Assembly: GCA_019058365.1 (NCBI GenBank)
Contig: JAHPZE010000003.1
Coordinates: 160,001-224,000 of the forward strand
DNA: 64,000 nucleotides
Origin: Promethearchaeota archaeon
Lineage (GTDB): Archaea; Asgardarchaeota; Lokiarchaeia; Sigyniarchaeales; SOKP01
Direction of reading: 5' to 3'
Below, one piece after another: positions 30,876-40,873 of this stretch (within the stretch, counting starts at the first letter, position 1; every line of letters begins with the position of its first letter). The notes beneath the pieces are model-generated. The model had not been told where the DNA came from. It searched no databases and was given only the letters and a program-made list of their open reading frames with translations. A program made the position numbers and the translations under genes.

Positions 30876-32518
30876 TCATCTCTAAAAAATTGTAGTAAAT
30901 CGTTTAAATTAGTAAAAGCCGAATAGTTTGATAGAAATTTAGATTTTAAGATAGGTTCTAATCCATGAATTGGATTAATAGTCTCAAATTCTATAACTTC
31001 ATTAAATTGATTTATGTAGGTCTTGGGAATTAATACTCCACATTTATAATACTTGCTATAATTTTGATTAATGAAAATATTTGACTTCTTAACCGAATTC
31101 TTATAAAGTTCATCATCCTCTTCGGAGACTGATGTTGATTCAAATTGTCCCATCGGATATGTGTTTATTAATTCAAGTGGAATTATTCCAAAATAAAAAG
31201 AATTAAATACAATATGTATGTCTTTAACAGGGATTTTTGTATTATCCTTTATCTCTTTAAGCCAATTTTGGATTGTTGGAGAATTTTCTCCTCTAGCATC
31301 TAATTCTGGTAATATTATTAAAAACATTACATTTTCTGGAACCCGATAATTGATATTAATCCTTTTCTCATATCTGCTAAACAAAGGTCTGTAAATATCT
31401 TCAGGAGAAACAAACATTCTCCCATGCTTCTTATAAACTTTTTCACAGTGTTCAAATGTTAGAGTTTCATTTTTTAAGATACGTGCTGCTTTAACTAAAT
31501 TGGGATGTGCTCGTATACGTTGATTAACAAGTTCCCACAAATTCCCCTCTCTTATTGCTTGTCTAATTGTTTTTAGCTCAGAAAAAGAAATATATAAGTT
31601 ATGTTCTGCTAAGAGTTTAATTCGCAAATTATCATCAAATTTCCTCAGTTCATTTGGGTTAAATTTTGCACAAATTGGGCAGTGACATGGAAATTCTTCT
31701 AAATCATCAAGGTTTTTAGTACCTGTAGATACTGTAAAATATCTATTCTCTTTAGCGAATAAGATATACGCAGCAGAATCCATTAAATCGCAACCGCATG
31801 CTATAGCTAAAGAAAAAAACTGTGGTAATCCTAACCCAAACATATGTAACGGTTTATTTGGGTTTACAATTTTTTTCACATTCAATAAAATTTGAAGAGC
31901 TACATCAAACCTATAATCGAGAAAAGATTTTACTAATCCCCCTATCGCATAGACACCAAAATCTAGTTTATTCATTTCATTAATACATCTTGTTAGAAGA
32001 TCTTGGTATTTACCTCCATGAATCGGTCCAAACCATACGCAATTTTTATTTGATCGTCTTTTGATATTCTCTTTTGCCCTATCTATTGTGGCATCAACCT
32101 TAGTTTTTGCTTTTTCATATGCATCATCAGGCTGTACGGGAAGATCAAGGATCACTGGAAAATCTGATTCAATCTTTTCTTGGAACAATTCGATCTCTTT
32201 AGCTTCAATCTTCATATTAGATGTGTTATACATATATTGCTGAAATGCCCCACTATCCGTGGCAATAAGGCCATTAAAATCAAGATATTTATGAATTTTT
32301 TTCTTTAAGACGTCTTCTTTTACAACTTCATTTTGAAAAAGGATATAAGCATTCGTAAAAACAGCTTGAGCATCAAAACTTTTTATACTCGAAGGTGAAA
32401 TTATATTTTTAAAAGGGTGTACTACAGGAAAAAGATTAGGTGTAATCAATTGCTTATTATTGACTTCTAATTTTCCTATTCTACCTAAAGCGTCTATATC
32501 TAGAATTTCGTACTTCAT
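30872..32518 (-). CDS. tgtA: Archaeosine tRNA-guanine(15) transglycosylase
   Basis: TDSGAFQ, HMFGLG, GCDLMDSAAY, CHCPIC Zn site, HNL. Confidence 0.95.
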   Translation of the reverse strand: MKYEILDIDALGRIGKLEVNNKQLITPNLFPVVHPFKNIISPSSIKSFDAQAVFTNAYILFQNEVVKEDVLKKKIHKYLDFNGLIATDSGAFQQYMYNTSNMKIEAKEIELFQEKIESDFPVILDLPVQPDDAYEKAKTKVDATIDRAKENIKRRSNKNCVWFGPIHGGKYQDLLTRCINEMNKLDFGVYAIGGLVKSFLDYRFDVALQILLNVKKIVNPNKPLHMFGLGLPQFFSLAIACGCDLMDSAAYILFAKENRYFTVSTGTKNLDDLEEFPCHCPICAKFNPNELRKFDDNLRIKLLAEHNLYISFSELKTIRQAIREGNLWELVNQRIRAHPNLVKAARILKNETLTFEHCEKVYKKHGRMFVSPEDIYRPLFSRYEKRININYRVPENVMFLIILPELDARGENSPTIQNWLKEIKDNTKIPVKDIHIVFNSFYFGIIPLELINTYPMGQFESTSVSEEDDELYKNSVKKSNIFINQNYSKYYKCGVLIPKTYINQFNEVIEFETINPIHGLEPILKSKFLSNYSAFTNLNDLLQFFRDE

Positions 32519-32545
32519 TTGGTTTCCTTTAAGAATTTACATTTA

Positions 32546-33151
32546 TTAATCAAAAAATTCTTTTAAACGATCCTCTTCAAATAATTTTTCAAGCCAATCA
32601 ACTTTTCCAATCTTATAATTTTCTCCATTGTTATTTTCAACTATAATTTCAACGATAGTTCTTGCTACAGTTTCAATAGTAATATTTGTCGTGTCGATTT
32701 CAAAAATAGGTGATTTCATTTGTTTTTGGATAAAATAATTGATACAATTACCCAAAATTTCAGCTTGAATGTTTTCAGTAATTTTTTTTATATCATAATT
32801 TTTTTTTTCTAATCTTTTAAATAATTCATCCGGATCACATCTTAAAATAAAAGTATAATCAATAAATTTTTCTGGAATTATATCTGAGAAATGACTTTCT
32901 ATTATCAGATATGTTGGTTTATCTTGTTTAATCTCTTCAATCCTATTTAAGACATAAGGTAGAAAAATATCAAAATCTACAACAAAAGTTTTTCGTTCTG
33001 TATCATATTCAAATGAAAAATTGTCTGAAACGGCTAATTCATTCAAAGAAATTATTTTAACATCAATTAAGTTAGAGATTTCCTTTGCTACTGATGTTTT
33101 TCCACAACCAGGTGTTCCGGAAATAATGATATTTTTCATTTTTAAATACAT
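32546..33151 (-). CDS. Adenylate kinase 6 / Fap7-like kinase
   Basis: IIISGTPGCGKTS, IIESH, LRCDP, ENIQAEI. Confidence 0.9.
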   Translation of the reverse strand: MYLKMKNIIISGTPGCGKTSVAKEISNLIDVKIISLNELAVSDNFSFEYDTERKTFVVDFDIFLPYVLNRIEEIKQDKPTYLIIESHFSDIIPEKFIDYTFILRCDPDELFKRLEKKNYDIKKITENIQAEILGNCINYFIQKQMKSPIFEIDTTNITIETVARTIVEIIVENNNGENYKIGKVDWLEKLFEEDRLKEFFD

Positions 33152-33315
33152 AATAGAAAATGATAATTAAAAAAATGAATGAACATAATTGAATTTAATC
33201 CAGATTAAAAATTATATAGAATTAGTAATCAACCGAGAAATATCGATTATTAATATTTATCTCTAATCTTATTAATATTTATCTTTACATTTTAATGAAT
33301 TATAAGTAATGTCAT

Positions 33316-33386
33316 TTATTTGTAGAGACAATTATCTCTACAAATAACAATCAAGAACATAGATTTATATATTTGTAGAGATAATT
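33316..33386. promoter_or_regulatory. Palindromic operator plus third half-site upstream of fic gene
   Basis: TTATTTGTAGAGA-caatta-TCTCTACAAATAA (33316-33347); TATTTGTAGAGATAATT (33370-33386) next to TATA-like TTTATATA. Confidence 0.7.
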
Positions 33387-33393
33387 CCTAATT

Positions 33394-34284
33394 ATGGTAA
33401 ATGTGATAAAAAAAAGTGTTAGCGGAAAAGAATATTACTATCTTTCTTATTCTTATCGAAAGAATACTAAAGTGAATAATATATCAAAGGCAATTGGGAA
33501 AGAACTTCCGGAATACGAAGAGTTAGGTCATATTAAAGAGGAGTTTTGTTATGAAATATTCCAGAAACTATGGATGCCTATAATAGAAAAAATGACAAAA
33601 AAATATCGAGAAAGATTTAATTCCTTACCAAAACCAATACAAGTAAAAGATTTAAGGACTTTTGGAGTTAGATTTACTCATAATACAAACAGAATTGAAG
33701 GATCAACTCTAACATTAAATGAAGTTGCTTTAATAGTTGATGAACCTAATGTTCCAATCAAGAAACCAACACACGATATAATAGAGGCAAAATCACACAT
33801 GAGTGTTTATGAGGAGATGCTTACAAGTAAAAAAAAAATTGATTGGGATTTGCTTTTAGATTGGCATGAAAAAATTTTTGAATTAACAAAACCAGAAATT
33901 GCAGGAATTATAAGACAATATCCGGTTCAAATAAGTCGGAGTAAATATATTCCTCCAATGGCGGGAACAGAATACCTTTTGGATGATCTCCTTAAATGGT
34001 ATAATGATAATAAAAAAAAGTTACATCCAGTTTTTCTAGCATGTATGATACATTATAGATTTGTTTCAATACATCCTTTTGGAGATGGAAATGGGAGAAT
34101 GTGCAGAATTCTTATGAATTACATCTTATTTAAAAATAAATATCCTATGTTCGATATTGAATATAAAATTAGACAGAGCTACTATAATGCTTTAGAAAAT
34201 GCTAATTTAAAAGAAGATGATATGATCTTTATTGGTTGGTTTTGTAAAAGATATATTAAAGCAAATGAAGTATATTTGAAATAA
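33394..34284 (+). CDS. Fic family protein (AMPylase)
   Basis: Intact HPFGDGNGRMCR; inhibitory-helix-like TNRIEG. Confidence 0.93.
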   Translation: MVNVIKKSVSGKEYYYLSYSYRKNTKVNNISKAIGKELPEYEELGHIKEEFCYEIFQKLWMPIIEKMTKKYRERFNSLPKPIQVKDLRTFGVRFTHNTNRIEGSTLTLNEVALIVDEPNVPIKKPTHDIIEAKSHMSVYEEMLTSKKKIDWDLLLDWHEKIFELTKPEIAGIIRQYPVQISRSKYIPPMAGTEYLLDDLLKWYNDNKKKLHPVFLACMIHYRFVSIHPFGDGNGRMCRILMNYILFKNKYPMFDIEYKIRQSYYNALENANLKEDDMIFIGWFCKRYIKANEVYLK

Positions 34285-34350
34285 TAAATTTATATCTTTT
34301 CGAGGAGGAAAGGTCAAAAAAAAATTATCGGAGCTAGTCTATGTGATAAG

Positions 34351-34454
34351 TGGGAAAGGGGGGCTTCGAACCCCCGACCTCACGGTTATCAGCCGTGCGC
34401 TATACCAGGCTAAGCCATTGAAGAGATGCTTCGAATAAAAGAATCCACTCTCCC
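34351..34454 (-). tRNA. tRNA-Ile(GAT) with a 30-nt non-canonical intron (34418-34447)
   Basis: Anticodon arm CACGG-CT GAT AA-CCGTG, T arm GGGGG TTCGAAG CCCCC, 3' acceptor CTTTCCC-A; 5' acceptor GGGAGAG separated from TGGCTTAGCC by an insert with BHB/BHL-like pairing. Confidence 0.85.
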
Positions 34455-34648
34455 AAGCCGCTTTCCCTTTCAAAGATTAGTACTAAATTCTAAAATACTT
34501 TATAGTATAAAAATTAAAGTAGTTTTTATCATAGTACGATTTGATTGAATAATTTAAATAATATATAACTAAAAAATTTTTTGACCAAAAAAATAATAAA
34601 ATATGCTTATTTTTAATAAATATTAAATCATAGATGTGTTGAATAAAA

Positions 34649-35233
34649 TTGAAGTCTGGATATAGTTATGTCAAAGAAACATTTGAAAAACACGAGAAAG
34701 GATATCAATCGCCACATTGGTATCGTGGAATAGAATATCGAAAAGGTAGATCAATTCAAAGAGTTGAAAAACCAACAAATCTTCATCGAGCAAGAACATT
34801 AGGTTATAAAGCAAAACAAGGATACATAATAGTAAGAGCAAGAGTAAGGAAAGGAGGCATGCATAAAATTCGCCCAAAACGAGGAAGAAAACCAAGAGCC
34901 TTGGGTGTTTCTAGATACACAACAGGTAAGAATCTTCAATGGATTGCTGAGGAACGAGTTCAGAGAAAATATCCAAATATGCAGGTTCTAAATAGTTATA
35001 AAATCTATGCTGATGGGAAGCATTGGTATTATGAGACAATTTTAGTTGATCCTAATCATCCTGTTATTAAGTCAGATCCCAAAATTAATTGGGTAACTGA
35101 ACCACAACATACGAAGAGAGTAACTCGTGGTCTTACATCAGCAGGAAAAAGAGCTCGAGGCCTTCATAAGAAAGGTTGGGGATCAGAAAAAACACGACCA
35201 AGTATTAGTGCAAATAAAGGTCGAGGTAAATAA
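34649..35233 (+). CDS. rpl15e: 50S ribosomal protein L15e
   Basis: ARTLGYKAKQG, IAEERVQRKYPN, RGLTSAGK. Confidence 0.97.
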   Translation: MKSGYSYVKETFEKHEKGYQSPHWYRGIEYRKGRSIQRVEKPTNLHRARTLGYKAKQGYIIVRARVRKGGMHKIRPKRGRKPRALGVSRYTTGKNLQWIAEERVQRKYPNMQVLNSYKIYADGKHWYYETILVDPNHPVIKSDPKINWVTEPQHTKRVTRGLTSAGKRARGLHKKGWGSEKTRPSISANKGRGK

Positions 35234-35276
35234 ATTTTTATTATTTTATCAAGACTTTTTAGAATTTTAGATAATA

Positions 35277-36083
35277 TTATAACTTATTTATACTAATTGT
35301 CATTCCACCATCGAGGATTATATTTTGACCCGTAATGTAATCTGCCACCGGTGAAGCTAAGAATAATGCGACATCAGCTACCCATTTAGCTTCACCAATT
35401 TTATTTATTGGTATTTTTACACCTCTGGTTTTTAAAAAATCTCTGATAAGTTTAGGATCATTATTATAAATAGGTGTTAAAAATACTCCTGGCGAAATTG
35501 CATTAACTGTAATATTGTTGGCGCCTAATTCAAGAGCCCATAATCTAGTAAACGCTAATAAGCCAGCTTTACTTGCACTATAAACCCCAAGATATGGATT
35601 AGTCCCATTCGGCGTTCCTGCACAAGAAGTAATGTTAATTATTTTTCCCGCGATTGGTGTAAAATGCTTTTGTCTTCTCATTTGTTTAAAAAAAGCTTTC
35701 GTAACATTCCAAGCTCCTTTTAAATTGACAGCCATGACTTTGTCATAAATTTCCTCTTTTGCTTTTAAAGAAGTATATAATCCACCATCAATTCCGGCAT
35801 TATTTACTAATAAAAAGAGGTTATCGAATTTTTCAAATACACGCTCAACCATTTGTTTTACTTGTCCAGAATCCGAAATATCAGCTTTTACTATAAGAAC
35901 CTCAACATCATATTCTTTACGGATAATATCTCGTGTTTGTTCTAAACCTTCTTTATTAATATCATTTATAACTAAATTTGCTCCTTTTCTAGCAAACGCT
36001 TTTGCCATTTCTCTTCCAAATCCACCACCACCAGCTCCAGTTATTAAAGCGACTTTTCCTTTCAAAAAATCTTCTTCTGACAT
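35277..36083 (-). CDS. Short-chain dehydrogenase/reductase
   Basis: TGAGGGGFG, NNAG, YSASK. Confidence 0.93.
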   Translation of the reverse strand: MSEEDFLKGKVALITGAGGGGFGREMAKAFARKGANLVINDINKEGLEQTRDIIRKEYDVEVLIVKADISDSGQVKQMVERVFEKFDNLFLLVNNAGIDGGLYTSLKAKEEIYDKVMAVNLKGAWNVTKAFFKQMRRQKHFTPIAGKIINITSCAGTPNGTNPYLGVYSASKAGLLAFTRLWALELGANNITVNAISPGVFLTPIYNNDPKLIRDFLKTRGVKIPINKIGEAKWVADVALFLASPVADYITGQNIILDGGMTISINKL

Positions 36084-36106
36084 TTTATTTCACTTTTAAT
36101 TAGATT

Positions 36107-37843
36107 TTATTTTCCAAATAAACCTTTATTTTTTTTATATTGAGCTAATAATCTCATTGGAGGAGGTGTTTCAAAAGCAATACTCACATTAATTACCGCT
36201 GGTTTTTTAGAATCAATAGCTCTTTGTAAAGCAGGTTTTATATCTTCAGGATTTTCTACTTTTTCTCCATAACATCCAAATCCTCTTGCAATTTCTGAAT
36301 AATCAATTGAAGGTAAATCAACATCGCAGTATCTTTTGTTAAAACCTTTTTTCTGATTGCTTTTTATCATTCCCCATGCACAATTATTAGCAATAACAAC
36401 AACTATTGGCAAATTTAATCTTACGGCGGTCTCTAATTCTTGTACATTAAATAGAAAACTTCCATCGCCATTTAAACAAATTACAAGTTTATCTGGTTTT
36501 GCCATTTTAACTCCAATGGCATAGGGAATTCCAACACCTAAATGTCCCATAGAAATTGGGAAAAATGTAGACCTTGGAGGACGAGGTTTTAAGTTAATAA
36601 ACTTATATGAGAATACAACAATATCTCCCCCATCAAGTATTATTTGTGCATCCTCCGGGATATAATCAAATACTTCATAAACAAGTCTTTCCGGTTTCAT
36701 TGGTAATTTCTTATATTCAAGAATTTTTAAATTTGTATTCAATTGATTCTTACAAAGGTCTTGTAAATAAGTATTCCATTCAGACCATTCAGCTATTTTA
36801 TCTTTTGGTAGGGATTTTTCCATTTCTTTTAAAAGTTGTTTAATTACAGCTTTACAGTCTCCAACAATTCCTACTTCAATCGGTCTATTTTTTCCAATTT
36901 CACTAGGATCGATATCAATTTGGATAATTTTTTGATTTTGACTCCACATTGGGGATGCTCCATAAAATATTGAATAATCCCATTTACACCCAAATGATAA
37001 AACTACATCAGATTCCGTAGCAGCTGTCCTATAAGCATTATTTATTAAATAAGAATCTAAAAAATTCTTTTTATCTCTTCCAATTGAACCAATACCATTA
37101 ATAGTAGTGCTTGTTGGTATCATATATATCCCTGATAAAGTTTTTATCTCCTCTGAAGCTTCTGAAGCAATAATTCCCCCACCAGTAACTATAAGAGGTT
37201 TTTTTGCCTCTTTTAAAATTTCAATAGCTTTTTCAATATCTGCTAAAGAGCCGTTAGGTCTACTTAATGCCCTATAATTTTCTGGGTCTAAAACCTTTTT
37301 AAAATCTTCATCAGTAGCCTTTCTAACTAATGCAGTTTCCCTGAATTCTAAATATACCGGACCTTTTCTTCCTGATAAAGCAATTTTCATTGCTTTTTGA
37401 ATCGCATGCGGAATTTCTTCTGGTTCTTCAACTTGAATTTGGGTTTTTGTAATCGGTTTCATTAATGCTATTTGATCAATTCCCCCTTGTAAAATGCCAG
37501 TATCTTCGAACATACGACCTATTTGTGCTCCAATAACAAGCATAGGAATTGAATCTGCATTAGCTGCGGCTATAGCTGGCACAAGATGAGTTACACCGGG
37601 ACCAACAGTTCCAAGGCAAACACCAATTTCTCCTGTAGCTCTCGCCCACGCATCTGCCATATGCCCTCCTGCTTGTTCATGTCTGACCATTACTGTATCT
37701 ATACCTTCTTCTCTGCCCCAACGCTCAATAGCATCATAGATTCTTAATAATTCACCACCAACTATGCCAAATATTTTAGTAACACCTTCCTTTAAAAGAC
37801 ATTTAACAACCAAATCGCCACCATTTAATATTTGATTTGACAT
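36107..37843 (-). CDS. Thiamine pyrophosphate enzyme (acetolactate synthase / 2-hydroxyacyl-CoA lyase-like)
   Basis: RHEQAGGHMAD, GPG, GDGSFLFNVQELET, NNCAWG. Confidence 0.9.
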   Translation of the reverse strand: MSNQILNGGDLVVKCLLKEGVTKIFGIVGGELLRIYDAIERWGREEGIDTVMVRHEQAGGHMADAWARATGEIGVCLGTVGPGVTHLVPAIAAANADSIPMLVIGAQIGRMFEDTGILQGGIDQIALMKPITKTQIQVEEPEEIPHAIQKAMKIALSGRKGPVYLEFRETALVRKATDEDFKKVLDPENYRALSRPNGSLADIEKAIEILKEAKKPLIVTGGGIIASEASEEIKTLSGIYMIPTSTTINGIGSIGRDKKNFLDSYLINNAYRTAATESDVVLSFGCKWDYSIFYGASPMWSQNQKIIQIDIDPSEIGKNRPIEVGIVGDCKAVIKQLLKEMEKSLPKDKIAEWSEWNTYLQDLCKNQLNTNLKILEYKKLPMKPERLVYEVFDYIPEDAQIILDGGDIVVFSYKFINLKPRPPRSTFFPISMGHLGVGIPYAIGVKMAKPDKLVICLNGDGSFLFNVQELETAVRLNLPIVVVIANNCAWGMIKSNQKKGFNKRYCDVDLPSIDYSEIARGFGCYGEKVENPEDIKPALQRAIDSKKPAVINVSIAFETPPPMRLLAQYKKNKGLFGK

Positions 37844-37909
37844 AATTAGACCTATAGAAAATAAAAAATAAAGTTTATTATAAAAAGAAATTCAACAGAT
37901 ATGTATAAA

Positions 37910-38353
37910 TTAAAGAGCAATCAATTCGAGATAATAACCGAAAATTTCCTTAGTATTTAAATAATAAAATTTAACTCTTCCAACGTTACCTGACTGAATT
38001 ACATCTATATTGTATAGATTCTTAAAATGCATAATAAGGGTCTCAGTATCTTTAGTATATACACCTAAGTGATGTAGCCCCACCTTACCTTCTTTAAGAA
38101 ATTCTGAATATAAATGATCCCCAGTGGATTCCAATAATTCAATAATTTCAAACTGTTTACCACTAAAATTTTGCATTATCTTTTTCATTTTAAATTCTAC
38201 TTCATTTCCTCTATAATTTACAGTGCTGGTTTGTTCAACAATATTGATCTTTCCCTTAAAATCTAGTAATGCTTCATAGAATTCTGCCGCTTTTTCAATA
38301 TCTTTGACAAGGATACCAATTTGATCAAAATTTGATAGTTTTAATTCTGTCAT
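37910..38353 (-). CDS. VOC/glyoxalase family protein (methylmalonyl-CoA epimerase-like)
   Basis: DQIGILVKDIEKA, FEIIE, GLHHLG, LELI. Confidence 0.85.
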   Translation of the reverse strand: MTELKLSNFDQIGILVKDIEKAAEFYEALLDFKGKINIVEQTSTVNYRGNEVEFKMKKIMQNFSGKQFEIIELLESTGDHLYSEFLKEGKVGLHHLGVYTKDTETLIMHFKNLYNIDVIQSGNVGRVKFYYLNTKEIFGYYLELIAL

Positions 38354-38370
38354 TCTTAATATACTGAATT

Positions 38371-39660
38371 TTATTTTACTTTTTTTGCAAAGTGTAATTT
38401 ACTAACTGGTTTTTTTAGAGGAAAATCTCCTTTTAAAATCATTGATTTTAACTGTTCTGCTAATTTTATTGCTCCATGTCTATCCGATTGTCTTAAAACA
38501 ATTGGGATGTAATTATCTTCGAAATTAACTCTTTTCATATCTAATTCAAATGCTTCTGGACATAGATGAGTGCAATTTCCGCAATTAAAACAACGAGATC
38601 GATCAATAGCAGAGATCATGCCCTTTTTTATAATAAATGCATCAGTTGGGCACTTATCAATAACTTTACATTCTTCACAATTTTTACACGCAACAGGATT
38701 AAATTTCATCATAAAATTGTTATCCCAGACATCACCATAAGTCATTTCTCCTACTTTTTCACGTCCTACAAGACTTAAAATTGTTAATTTAATAAATTTA
38801 TCTGATTTCACTATATTATTGAATATTTTTTCATTTAGTATAGGAATAGGAAGGGCGATACTACAAATAGGTTCTAATCCATAAGAAGTTTTGAAAGCAC
38901 CCATATACTCTTGCTTCATTCCTTCAAATGGAGCAATAGTCATCATATTAGGCTTTTCGATATAATTACGGGTTCCAGGCCCTATTAGATGTCCAATAGT
39001 TCCATTTACAAGAACAGGTGATCCAACTCCAAATGATTCAAATTCGGGATCATTTTGAAAAGGATTAAGGGCACCACACCCCGAAAAAGTTATCTCTGTT
39101 TTATTAGGAGAAAAAGGTAAACAGGAGAAAATAGTATTAACCTGATCTGTTTCACAGTTAATCATTGCGTTATAATTTTTAATAGCTTGTCTAGTACCTG
39201 CTAATTTAGCAAATTGCATATCTTCTAATTTCATTTGTTTTTCAATAGTCTCACCTTCAGCACTCATAGCCATGATTGTTACTGATTTTCCTTCAACAAT
39301 TTCCCTAAAAAGAGAACCACCACAATAATTATTAATGGTTTTACTTTGAGTAGTGCCATAAATAATAAGATCTACAATTCCTAAATATTCATTAGGGCAT
39401 GGTCCAGGAAAAGCTGGTATTCCGTTTATATCAACTTCGGTAAACTTTCTCAATGTTTTAGGTGGTGAAAGGCGAAATGAGAATATGCCCATAATTCCAC
39501 TCATAAGTCCTTTGGTTGCAGTTGTAACAACATCTACATCTTCAAAATTAACCTTCTTGCCTTCATTAATCCGATCTAACAATTCTTGAACGGTTAATAT
39601 GACTGCCGAACCATCTTCGATCTTTTTTCTGATTTCTGAAAGTTTTCTTTTTTTAACCAA
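38371..39660 (-). CDS. DUF39 / methanogenesis marker 16-like metalloprotein with ferredoxin domain
   Basis: VDVVTTAT, GPCPNE, SGCGALNP, CxxC..C...CP and CFNCGNC..CP, RQSDR. Confidence 0.85.
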   Translation of the reverse strand: MVKKRKLSEIRKKIEDGSAVILTVQELLDRINEGKKVNFEDVDVVTTATKGLMSGIMGIFSFRLSPPKTLRKFTEVDINGIPAFPGPCPNEYLGIVDLIIYGTTQSKTINNYCGGSLFREIVEGKSVTIMAMSAEGETIEKQMKLEDMQFAKLAGTRQAIKNYNAMINCETDQVNTIFSCLPFSPNKTEITFSGCGALNPFQNDPEFESFGVGSPVLVNGTIGHLIGPGTRNYIEKPNMMTIAPFEGMKQEYMGAFKTSYGLEPICSIALPIPILNEKIFNNIVKSDKFIKLTILSLVGREKVGEMTYGDVWDNNFMMKFNPVACKNCEECKVIDKCPTDAFIIKKGMISAIDRSRCFNCGNCTHLCPEAFELDMKRVNFEDNYIPIVLRQSDRHGAIKLAEQLKSMILKGDFPLKKPVSKLHFAKKVK

Positions 39661-39786
39661 TAGAAATCATCACTTAATTTCAAAAACTATCAATTTAAAT
39701 ATTTATTTATAATAAAATTTTTTTATTTATAACATTCTTAACATAATTATAAAGAGTCAAGCAGTTCTTTTGAGGTTGTAGTAAAT

Positions 39787-40512
39787 TTGTCATATTTTGA
39801 ATCAAGATTGCTGGTAGATTTCAATGATTTTAACGATGTTCTAAAAAAGTTAAAATTATGTGAAGAATTAGGAATAAAAAATGTAATTATTGAACCTATA
39901 AATAAGTTTATTACAATATCCTTAGAAAATAAGAAGAGTATAGAAAGAGAGACGAATTTAAATACTTTTTATCGAATTAATTTAAGATTTGATAATCTCG
40001 AAAGCTTTAAAAGAAGAATTCAAGCTTTTAATAATTTTTTTGATATTCTTTCAATTGAATCTTTAAATAAAGAAGTACAATTACACGCCGCAAGAGATTC
40101 AAGGGTAGATATAGTTTCGTTTTCAAATCCCGAAATAATGAAAACACTTACTCCTGGAGTTGTTTCACTGACTAAACAAAATAAATCATTTTTAGAATTT
40201 TCAATGGCTCCAATTATGGTGAGAAATAAAATAAATCAATCAAAAAATTTCAGAAACTTATATAGAACCATCCAGTTAACACTAAAATTAAAAGGTAATT
40301 TTATTATAAGTGGAAATTTTAATAATATATATGATTTTAGACATCCAAGAGCTTTAATAAGTATTTGTAATTCTCTTTTAGGAATTCCTTTAGATAAAGC
40401 TAAAAAAATTTTTAATGTTAATCCTATTTTATTATTGGAAAAATCTAAAAAACAAAATTTGAATAATAATGAACCGGAAGTGAGAATAATTAGAGGGGGC
40501 GATTTACGATAG
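39787..40512 (+). CDS. rnp3: RNase P protein subunit Rpp30
   Basis: AARDSRVDIVS, IISGN..NIYDFRHPRAL; precedes Pop5. Confidence 0.85.
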   Translation: MSYFESRLLVDFNDFNDVLKKLKLCEELGIKNVIIEPINKFITISLENKKSIERETNLNTFYRINLRFDNLESFKRRIQAFNNFFDILSIESLNKEVQLHAARDSRVDIVSFSNPEIMKTLTPGVVSLTKQNKSFLEFSMAPIMVRNKINQSKNFRNLYRTIQLTLKLKGNFIISGNFNNIYDFRHPRALISICNSLLGIPLDKAKKIFNVNPILLLEKSKKQNLNNNEPEVRIIRGGDLR

Positions 40513-40832
40513 TTAGAAAAGAAAGGCAAAGATATATCTTTTTTAAAATTATTACAGAAAATAAAACAGATATTACTCAAAATTCTCTAGTAAAATCAAT
40601 TTGGCAATCAATCTGGCGATATTTTGGATTGAAAGAAGCTAATAAAATTGGGTTATGGTTAATAGAACTTAACATTGAAGAAAAATATGGAATTATAAGA
40701 TGCACTCACCAAACAAAAGAAATATTAATTTCCTCTTTAAGCCTCGTGCAAGAAATTAATGGACTCAGGGTGATACTGGTACCTAAAAAAACTTCAGGGA
40801 CAATTAGAACTATAAAAAACCAATTAAAATAA
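40509..40832 (+). CDS. rnp2: RNase P protein subunit Pop5 (extended to probable ATA start)
   Basis: In-frame upstream IVRKERQRYIFFKI carries the Pop5 R-RY motif; GIIRC and TSGTIR downstream. Confidence 0.85.
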   Translation: MVRKERQRYIFFKIITENKTDITQNSLVKSIWQSIWRYFGLKEANKIGLWLIELNIEEKYGIIRCTHQTKEILISSLSLVQEINGLRVILVPKKTSGTIRTIKNQLK

Positions 40833-40873
40833 GTTTAATAGATACGAATGAAAAAATCATATCTTAATGAAAA

